Under the pieces are notes generated by a model. That model was not told the origin of the DNA. It saw nothing but the letters and a program-made list of their open reading frames with translations, and did no database searches. Positions 25,625-36,000 of a DNA stretch of 64,000 nt are shown piece by piece. Made by a program: the position numbers and the translations under genes. Positions within the stretch are counted from its first letter, which is position 1. The number at the start of each line of letters is the position of its first letter. This DNA is from Azolla caroliniana (Eukaryota > Plantae > Polypodiophyta), in contig JBHGNT010000015.1 in the NCBI GenBank assembly GCA_043228905.1, positions 620,001 through 684,000 of the forward strand. Direction: 5' to 3'.

Positions 25625-28600
25625 ATGGACGAATCATTTGGCGGCATGTTCAAGCTCACCGGCTCCAACTATTCAGTATGGAAGTCGAAGATGAGGGACA
25701 TGCTCATTGTTAAAGACCTCTGGCTGCCGGTTCAGTTCGGGGACAAAATCGACGCCGCGATATGGGAGGTGATGCACATGAAGACAACGGCGTACATACG
25801 GTGCTTCATCGACATGAGCCTGTACAACAACTTCAATGAAGAGAGCAAGGTTCATGAGCTCTAGGAGAAGATCGACATAATGTTTCAAAACAAAAATGTT
25901 GTTAATCAGGTTTCGGTATTCCGGAAGCTAGTAAGACTCCGGTACCAAGATGGCTCCAGCATGGCGGAGCATATGAATGCCTTCCAGGGGCTGATACACC
26001 AAGCAACGTCATTGGAAGTACTTCTTGCTGATGAGGTATTAGCGCTACTCCTGCTCGGTTCCCTCCCGGATAGCTGGGAGACGTTGGTTGTCACTTTGGG
26101 CAACGCCGGGCCGGAAGGAAAACGGTTATCCCTAGCAAGAGTAAAGTCGAGCTTGCTAGATGAGGAGGCGCGTCGGAAAGACAAAGATACGAGCTCCGAC
26201 TCCAAAGCGCTTCTTACCGAATCGGAACGCGGAAGATATAGAAACCGTAGTCCCCAGAACCGGGAGAAGTCGGGGACACGGTCAAAGTCAAGGGGGAGGC
26301 CTACTTGCTTCTATTGCGGCAAGCCGGGACACTTCCAAAAGAACTATCGGCATTTCCGTAAAGACAAGGAAACCGACGGTACCGATTCGAAGCAAACCCC
26401 GGACCGGAACGGTAAAGACCGGAAGGGGACGGACCGGAAGGGAACGACGGCAATCGCGGCAAGTGAAGAAGAGTTGATGCTCATCACCGAGGAGAGTGAG
26501 ATAAACCTTGCCGGCGACGAGATGACCTGGGTGGTAAACTCCGGAGCGTCGTTCCACCTTACCCCGGACCGGAAATGCTTCTCATCCTACTCAGCCGGTG
26601 ACCACGGCTGTGTCCAGATGGGGAATGAAGGTACATGCCGAATTATCGGCATAGGAGACGTGTGGCTCTCAACACCAACCAGATGCAAGTTGCTGCTAAA
26701 GGATGTCCGACACGTTCCGGAGGTTCGTCTGAACCTGATATCAGCCGGTCGGCTAGATGATGAAGGCCACACTAGTAGCATCTGGAACGGGGTCATGAAG
26801 TTCAGCAAAGGGAGCCTGATTGTGGCTCGGGCCCGGAAGGTCAACACGTTGTACCTGATGAATGCCCAGTTATGTCCGGAAGAAGTGAACGTGGCATCCG
26901 ACACTGCCGGTGAGCTGTGGCACAAGAGGTTGTGTCATATGAGCGAGAAGGGGATGAAGAGGCTTGCAGACGACAACCTCATTCCAGTGAAGAACGTGCA
27001 CTTAGAGAAGTGCACTGATTGTCTGGCCGGTAAGCAGAACCGGACCTCCTTCCGACCAAGGCCACCGATGAGACGTAATGCACCACTGCAGTTGGTGCAT
27101 ACGGATGTGTGTCAAGTAGACATGAAGTCACATGCCGGAGCGCAGTATTTCGTGACGTTCATAGATGACCACAGCCAGAAGTTGTGGGCCACACCGCTGA
27201 AGACGAAGGATCAGGTGTTATCCCTCTTCAAAGAGCTCCACGCGAGAGTGGAAAGAGAAATCGGCCGGAAGCTGAAGGCGGTTCGAGCAGACAACGGAGG
27301 AGAATACCGGGGGTAGTTCGAGGAGTATTGCCGCTCGAAGGGAATCCGACTCGAATTTACCGTGCCGAAGACGCCGAACGGACTGGCCGAGAGGATGAAC
27401 CGGACCATAATGGAGAGGGTCCGGAGTATGCTAGCGCATGCAAAACTACCCAAGAAGTTTTGGGTTGAGGCACTGTCGACGGCGACATACGTGATAAATA
27501 GATCACCCTTAGTACCCTTGGACGGAGACACACCACAGAGAGTGTGGACCGGTAAGGAAGTATCCTACCGGCATCTGAAGGTGTTCGAGTGTCTCGCGTA
27601 CGTGCATGTAGCAAAGGACCGGAGAGGAAAGCTAGATCCAAAGACCCGGCCATGCATATTCCTCGGTTATGGTGACGATGAGTTCGGCTACCGAGTGTGG
27701 GACCCGGTCGACAAGAAGGTATTCTGGAGTCGAGATATTATCTTCATGGAGGACAAGACACTCGTCGACTGGGAGTCGGAGAAGAAGATAATGAACTCCG
27801 AGTCGACCGGTAAGGATTGACTCTACGATGAGCAGACCCAACCGGCGAGAGACCGGTTAGCACTTAAAGAACCAGCCGGATACGGTGAGGATTCCGAACC
27901 GGTAGAAGAAGAAGTAGAGGAAGCTGAGACCGGAACCTAGACCCCGAATCGGATTCGGATGAAGAGCAAATGGAGGAGCTGGTTACCGAAGCCCGAAGTC
28001 GTAGATATCCTCTCAGAGAGAGAAGGGCCCTCGGAGATTTCCGGATGCAGAGCATGTGCTGCTGACCGATGAGGGGGAGCCGGAAAGCTTCGAAGAAGCG
28101 AAGGAAGACACCCACAGCCGAAAATGGTTAAGTGCCATGCAGGATGAGATGGATTCCCTGCATGAGAACCATACGTACGAATTGGTGGAGCTGCCGAAAG
28201 GAAAGCGAGCACTCCGAAACAAGTGGGTGTACAAGTTGAAGCCGGGAGATGCCGGCAACCCCCCGAGATACAAAGCCAGGATCGTGGTGAAGGGGTTCCA
28301 GCAGAAGAAGGGCGTGGACTTCGACGAGATATTTGCCCCGGTAGTAAAGATGACCTCCATCCGGACGGTGCTGAGTATAGCAGCAAGCATGGACCTCGAG
28401 ATAGAGCAGCTGGACGTGAAGACGACATTCTTTCACGGCGACCTCGAAGAGGAGATCTACATGAAGCAACCGGAAGGATTTGTGGAGAAAGGGAAGGAGC
28501 ACTTGGTATGCCGGTTGAAGAAGAGCCTGTACGGACTGAAGCAGGCTCCCCGGCAATGGTACCGGAAGTTCGACTCCTTCATGACCGATCAAGGGTACCA

Positions 28601-29648
28601 CAAGACGCAGGCCGATCACTGCGTGTTTGTGAAGAAGTTCGAAGGAGGGGACTTCCTGATACTCCTCCTGTACGTGGATGACATGTTGATTGTCGGACGA
28701 GACCAAGTAAAAATACGGATGCTGAAGAAGGCTCTCAACCGGACCTTCTCAATGAAAGACTTGGGTCCGACAAGACAGATGCTGGGGATGCACATCATCC
28801 GGAACCGGTCAGCAAAGCAATTATGGTTGTCACAGGAGAAGTATGTGACAAAGGTGCTTCACCGGTTCAACATGTCAGAAGCGAAGCCGGTCGGATCAAC
28901 ACTTCCGGCAAACTGCAAGCTATCCGGCAAGCAAAGCCCGAAGACGAAGGCAGAGAAGGCGGAAATGATGAAGATCCCATATGCCTCTGCCGTCGGGAGC
29001 TTGATGTACGCAATGGTGTGTACCCGACCGGATATAGGATACACAGTCGGGGTGGTGAGCCGGTTTATGAGCAATCCCGACAAGGAGCACTGGAACGCGG
29101 TCAAATGGATACTCCGGTATTTGAAGGGAACTTCAAATATGTGTCTCCGATTCGGCTCCGGAAAACCTCAACTGGACGGTTTCACCGATTCGGACATGTC
29201 AGCTAATGTGGATACCAGCCAGTCTACATCCGGGTATGTGATGACATATGCAGGGGGAGCTGTTTCGTGGCAGTCGAGGCTGCAGAAGACGGTTGCATTG
29301 TCAACCACAGAGGCGGAGTACATGGCGGCTGTGGAAGCCGGCAAGGAAATTTTATGGATGAAGGACTTCATCGGAGAGCTCGGTATACGGCAAGAGGAAT
29401 ACCAACTCTATTGCGACAGTCAAAGTGCTATCCACCTTGCTAAGAATGCGGCCTACCATTCCCGGACGAAGCATATCCAGCGGAGGTATCACTAGATCCG
29501 GGAAAGAGTAGATGACCAGGAGTTCGCACTGACGAAGATCCACACGGCTGAGAACGGGTCAGATATGCTGACCAAAGTGCTGACACCCGACAAGCTGGAT
29601 GCATACCGGAAGAGAATCGGACTGGTAAGACACCCCATGCCGGAGTGA
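25625..29648 (+). pseudogene. Element A gag-pol (gag, zinc knuckle, protease, integrase, RT, RNase H) with nonsense mutations and a frameshift
   Basis: CFYCGKPGH, WVVNSGASFH, LWHKRLCH, FIDD, DNGGE, YKARIVVKGF, LYGLKQ, YVDDML, ALSTTEAEY. TAG stops at 25862, 27314 and 29493, and a frame break at about 27820-28050. Confidence 0.93.
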
Positions 29649-31512
29649 AGGGGAAGTTTGTTGGGAGACAGGTCCCTCTGGATGGGAAGGAAGAAGAATA
29701 GTGCCGACGAACAAACTCGGCCGAGGCTGAAACGGTATGAGGAGTACCCGGCTACGGAGAGCCGGATGATACAGTCCCGGTGAAGACCGGATGAGGAGTA
29801 CCCGGCTACGGAGAGCCGGATGATACAGTCCCGGTGAAGACCGGATGAGGAGTATTCGGCTACGGAGAGCCGGATGATACAGGCCCGGTATGAACCGGAT
29901 GAGGAGTACCCGGCTATAGAGAGCCGGATGGTGCAGAACCGGATGAAGAGACATATTCGTAAATATGTTTCTGAGAGCCCATCGAGGCTACATTTGTAAA
30001 TAGCCGAAAAGTCATATTAGTATAAATATGACTTAGGGCAAACTTTTTTAGTAACTGTTGTTGTTGTCATTCTTCCTTGTTGGTGCAAGAAGAAGAGAGA
30101 GCACGTAATAGTGTACAGAGAGAGAGAGAGAAAGAGGTCGTTGCCTCTGTTGTAACCGCCGCGTGTGGCGAAGATCTGTGAGCACGAGGTCATTGCCTCA
30201 GTGAACTCACTGTTGTACATTCTCACATAGTGACAGTTTGCAGCATGTGGGCTGCCGTGGTTTTTTTCCCTCTTTGGGTTTTCCACGTAAACCTGTTGTG
30301 TATCTTCCTCTCCTTTGTGTCGTGTTTTATTTCCCGTTTTCTGTGTATCATTCTACGCTCGGTTATGGCCGAGCGTCGCGCATAAGGAATGTCGGGTTCC
30401 TGTCAATAAGGGAGGCAACGGAGTAGTCCTAGGGGGTACACAAGTCAATCTCTTGCTCTATGTGTATGACATAGTTTTACTCTCTAAGTCTGAACACGAC
30501 CTACAAAGGTACCTTAATGCCTTAGATGACTTTTGGACCACAAAGAGGATTTGTAGTGAATCTAAGGAAAACTAAAGTCCTTATATTCCACATATCTGCT
30601 CGGGTTACAATTAAACTTCACCTAACACTCTATGACCAATTGAGGTAGTTAGATCATATGTTTATCTTGGAGTCACTTTCAGTGCTCGCAACGAGCCACA
30701 CCCACATCAAAACCCTTTCACCTCCCGCTCCTTTTCGAAAGACTTGGATGCAAATGAAATTTGGCCTAGCACATAACCATTTCCTTTATAGAATATGTTA
30801 CACCATGACATCTTTTGTACAATACTAGAATTCTTTTATCTATGTTTATTTCATTTTTATTTCCGATGAGTACATATCCCATCTTGTTGTAACCAATTGT
30901 CTCATGGGCCAAATTTGGTCTTAGAAGACGTTAATATAACTTTTCTTCTTCTTCTTTATTTCTCCCTTGCAAAGATTGATTGAGGATACGTGGAGTGTTG
31001 GCATAAAAGTCCCACTTTGCCCATATTGTATCCTGGGTGTGAATACTCAATTAACCTAACTATAAAAGTAGGTAATTGACTCCTGTAAAGTAGTTCAGTG
31101 GGTAATGTAAGATTGGTCTCTTGAGCAAAAACTGGGTAATTTCAGTGTTGGACAGTGCACATTCATTCTCTTCTTGCCACCTCGTTGTTAAATTGCTTGA
31201 TTCATCAACTGATCCTATTTACTTCCCTGTCACAAGTAAGCTCACCAACACTACAAGTCGGCTAAGATAATACCATAGTCTTCTTCATCAATTGGTATCA
31301 AAGTGAGCTTTGATCTCACAGCAACAACAACAACACAAGGAGAAAGATTTGGTTGAAGGAAAGGACCAGGCCAAAAATGTCACTACCAACAGACGATGGC
31401 ATCGACATCCGCCGCGAGAGTGGAAATCCGAAAATGATGCATAAACTTTGCCCTATGGAAGGGGATGATGCAGGATGTGTTAATCATCCGACGACAAGTT
31501 GAAGCAATACGG

Positions 31513-32655
31513 TGTCGTGAAGATTTCCGGTTATAGTGTGAAACCGGGGTGGAATGGGCAAATCGATGGTGTGCAACATGTGCATGTGTATACTAGGAAA
31601 TGGTGTGTAGAAAGAAGAGGGGAAATTTTATCCCACATTGTAAGGTCCCTCCCTCCTTGGGCTATAAAAGGAAGGGGGGGGGTCACTTATGAGGGGTTGC
31701 CTATTTTGAGGGAGAGAGGCATACCACTTAGGTCGAGGGTTTCCTATTCGGTTTTAGGGTTTTGGTTAGGGTTTTCTTCTTGGGTTTCCTTTAGGGTTTT
31801 ACTATACTTTGCTACTTGCTTATTCTTCTAGGGTTTTTCTCATAGTCGTTTGGTGCGGCCATGGCGGCCACCATTGTAAAGCGTTTATGTTTCCTTAAAC
31901 TAACTTGTTGAGTATCTTGCCTCCGTCTATTCTATGTTATTGTCTTATTCTTTCTCATCTTGTGTCTTATTCTTTCTCCTCTACTCCCTAGTCCAATACC
32001 CTCGTGGTCCCGCCCCTTCTACACGCACGCGCGTAACATCGCGACATCTTTGGTGAACCCAACGTGAAGGGCGACAAGGGAGCATGGAGATAGAAGAAGA
32101 CTTCGACTTTGAGGAGATGATGGCAAAGATCGTGATGGAAGCCGGACGGAAGATGGCGAAGCGAGATGCGGCTCAACAAGTCATCGAAAGGGTGGTCGAT
32201 CGAGTCGGCCGGTTCAATGGGAATGAGGTCCCAAAAATTTTGGGAGCCTACAAGGCCGAGATGGCAAAAGGGGGCATGGACGAGGCGATGCGACTAGAGT
32301 ATTTTCCTCGAGTGGCGGCCGTATCGGTGCACAAGGAGGTCAAGGAGCTACGAGAAGCTCACGAGTCATGGGAGTCCTTTGAGGGAGCTCTATTGGACGC
32401 ATACGGATACGTGAAACCGGAGTGGGTATGCCGGCAACCCGATGGGGAGCGGTCGGCAACAACGTGGCCCGCAAGCGGCGGAGAAGAGAGAGCGGCGAGT
32501 GAGTACGCACTACCGCCGGAAGAGAGGTCAACGCAAAACGGTTCGGAGGAGCTCGACCTAGAAGCACTAATACGGGAGGCATTCGAGCTTGTGAAGGGGA
32601 AAATCGAAGCCACAATATTACCGATTGTTGGCCACAATATTACCGATTGTTGGTC
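31513..32655 (+). mobile_element. Truncated gypsy-like LTR element: LTR, tRNA-Trp-type PBS and gag N-terminus
   Basis: LTR 31513-32046 with TGTCG...CGACA termini and TATAAAA, PBS TGGTGAACCCAACGTGAA at 32051, ORF 32084-32665 with gag-like FNG...W..F...L pattern. No 3' LTR or TSD. Confidence 0.72.
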
Positions 32656-33057
32656 CGTCAAATGAGGGAATGGGAGAAAATCCGATCGTAGTCAAGGATC
32701 ATCCGATTCGGCCCATCTCCAAATCAACAACCAAGTAAATGTTGCCGAATCATGGTCGGGAGAAGTCCTCTCCCTAGAAAGCTCATCAACTAGCAAGATC
32801 TTGTACAACGCACAAGATGCGCGGACGTGGTTACTCAATTTGGGAGCCACGTTCCATGTGACCCCCCATAGCAAATGATTCTCAAACTATTCGGCTAGAG
32901 CCGACGGCACAGTCCGACTCGAAAATGGGTAGGAATGTAGAATTGTCGGAATTAGCGAGATCCTAATTCGATTTCCGAACGACAATACGATCACCCTGCA
33001 CCATGTCCGACACGTACCCGAACTTAAAAGGAGACTGGTCTCCATTGGCATACTAGC

Positions 33058-36000
33058 TGTAAACGATTACTTGCGGAAGCATTAGAAAACAAAGAAACCA
33101 GAGAATACACAGAGTACACAGGAGAGACAGAGAGAGCAGAACGTAAAAGCTATATTCAAAACAATATAAACACTCTGTTCTTACAATTATGCTCGGTAGC
33201 ACTATTTATACAAGTCCTCGTGGGACTGACAAAAGTACCACGTACTTCAATGCTCACAGAGCATCTGACACTTACTACGAGACTATAACTGCCTAGTAGT
33301 CTAAACTAATACTAGGCTTCTGATTACCGATTGGATCCAGCTCACCGGCTCCCCAGCTCACCGGCTCTATTGCTTGCCAGCTCGATTGCTCACTGGCTCA
33401 TGCTTATCCAACCGATCCGGCTCCAGTTGAGCTTGCCGCTCAACACTCCCCCTCAAGCTCAACTTGAGGTTGGATCCTAGTGTCAGCCTCTGTGGCAGTC
33501 AGTTCTTCCAACCGACTTCTCCTGGCGACGCTCCGCCTTGCTCGCGCTCCTCGTCCGGTCCGGTCCCGTTTGCCGTGACCCTTTTGGTTCTGCACGCCTC
33601 GACCTTCTCGGTCGGCATGTTTGCTCAATAGACCCCTCTCAGCTCCTTTGTTGTTATGACTCTGGCGCTTGCCGATCCGTCGGTTCCTCCGTGATGGCAT
33701 CGACTTCCGTTGCATCCGTGTCTACTTGGCCTCTAGTTGATTCGGTTCATTCGCATCCGTCTGTTGATCTGAATCGGTTGTCTCCGATTCGTTCCATCTC
33801 TTTTCCAAATCGGTCACTCCCGACTCGTTCCAGCTCTTGTCCGAGTCGGTATCCTCTGACTCGTCTTTCGGTTTAAGGCCCTTCACCACATCAGACCACG
33901 TCCGGGTCTTGACCTTGCTTCAATCCTCGGCTTCTTCAGCCGGTTCACCGAAGTCAAATTCTTCATTCGACTCTGTATCTCGGTCATTGTCGTCGTGATG
34001 ATGATGATTAACTCCACATAGTATGCACTTTTCTTCCTGCGTGCACACTTCTTCTTTCTGGTTGGCTCGGTCCTCCTTGACCTTGCCACCACTGCCGCTT
34101 GTTCCGACTTGTTCGGACGTGCCGACTTTCTTCGTTGACTCGGCTTCTTTTTCCTCCTTGTCTCCCCCTCTTCCGGTTCTTCCCTTACCGGTGTCGGCAA
34201 CAGTTTCTTTGCCTTTGCCCGTTCCGGCGGTGTCTTTGCCCCTTCTTCTCCCCCTCAAGTGCGGCACGTCGAGATGCTGAACACCAAGCATGTCGGTAAA
34301 GTGCTACAACTTGGCCAATCCGAGCGGCTTGGTGAAGATGTTGGCAACTTGCCGATCCATGTGAACATACCATAGTTCAACTTCACCGCTTAGGACCCGC
34401 TCACGCACAAAGTGATAATGCACTTCTATGTCCTTCGTGCGAGCATGGAACACAGGGTTCTTGGCGAGCTGCATGCTGCTGATGTTATCACAATAAATCA
34501 GGATCGGGGTCGGTACCTCGATCCGCAAGTCTCGCAGTAGTCGCCGAAGCCAAATGGCTTCGCAAGTGGCAACGGTCGCGCCCCGGTACTCAACCTCAGT
34601 GCTTGACAGAGCCACTGTTGGCTGCTTTTTGCTGCTCCACGCAACAACTGCGCTCCCAAGGGAAAACATAAAACCGGAAGTGGATCTGCGATCCGACGCA
34701 TCGTCGGCCCAGCCGGCATCCGTGTAACCGACTAGCACTTCGATTATAACTCGCCAGTATAACAGTCCCTAGTCCTTCGTGCCGCTTACATATCGCAGTA
34801 TCCGCTGCGCGCATTGAAGGTGCTCCACGGTCGTCTTCTGCATGAACTGACTTATCATTCCGACTGGATAGCTGATGTCGGGTCGCGTGATAGTCAAGTA
34901 AATAAGGCTTCCGACAATTTGTCATAACCGTTTCTCGTTGCAGGCCAGTCCAGAGTTGGGACGAAGCTTCTGGTTCCGGTCCAAGGGTGTGGAGACAAGT
35001 CGGCATTCTGTCATGCCGAACTTGTACAACATATTCAAGACGTAATGTCATTGTGAGAGCAATATGCCTTCGGGGGTTCGGATCACCTCGATACCAAGAA
35101 AATAATGAAGGTCCCCTAGGTCCTTCATCTCAAATGCATCTGACAATTGGGACTTGACGCGGTTGACTTCTGGAAGACCCGGTCCGGTGATGACTAAATC
35201 ATCAACATAGAACAGGATACATACCGGACCGGCTGAGCCTTGCCGGATGAACAACGAAGAATCGGACTTAGAGGCCGCAAACCCCATCTTACGCAACCGG
35301 TGCGTGATCTTCGCATTCCAAGCTCGAGGGGCTTGCTTCAGGCCGTACAACGACTTCTTCAGCAAGATCACCCTGAAGAAACGCATTCTTCACATCCATC
35401 TGTTGAAGATGCCACCCCCTTACTGCAGCAACCGCCAGCACCACACGAACCGTCGTCATCTTCGCTACCGGAGCGAAGGTCTCGTCGTAGTCGATTCCGT
35501 GGGTCTACGCGTATCCCTTCGCCACTAACCGGGCCTTGTACCGGTTAACTGAACCGTCGGCATTGTACTTTACCTTGTACACCCACTTGCATCCAATCAG
35601 TTTACAGTGACGGGGAGGGTCAACTAGGTCCCATGTCTCGTTGACATCAAGTGCCCGCATTTCTTCCTCCATAGCGGCACGCCAATTTGCGTCCTTTGCC
35701 GCTTCTGTGTAGCTCTCCGGCTCACACACTTCCGCCACCTTAGTCATGTACGCATAGTGATGCGCCATGTACACATTGTACCCATACCGCTTGACGGGAT
35801 CCTTCTGGCGGGTGGACCGGCGTAACTCACCGTTACCCGGTTTGAGGCCCTTCTTGGCCGGTTCGGTCTTCGTTGCCGAAGATCCGCCTCTCTCCTTGCC
35901 GGATTCGGATGCACATCGATCCGACTCATCGTTTCCGGTTTCGAATTCCGACATCTTTTTCTTCCCTTTCTCTTTGTGTGTGAACCGTCTCCTCGGTTCC

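Larger units (their letters stand above)
24824..30405 (+). mobile_element. Full-length Ty1/copia LTR retrotransposon (element A), young but defective
   Basis: LTRs 24824-25594 and 29659-30405 (TG...CA, highly similar), TSD ATAAG on both sides, PBS TGGTATCAGAGC (tRNA-iMet) at 25597, PPT gaaggggaag at about 29647. Confidence 0.97.
24570..30690 (+). mobile_element. RTE-like LINE RT fragment (24570-24818 and 30411-30690), split by the copia insertion
   Basis: FRKAFD...GVKQGCPL before the copia and LLLYVYDIVLLS...YVYLGV after it. Closely similar to 9860-10360. Confidence 0.8.

Noticed and set aside
25900-29400. Many overlapping or antisense ORFs within copia A (likewise within C)
   Set aside because: Expected in GC-rich pol sequence, with no recognisable domains.
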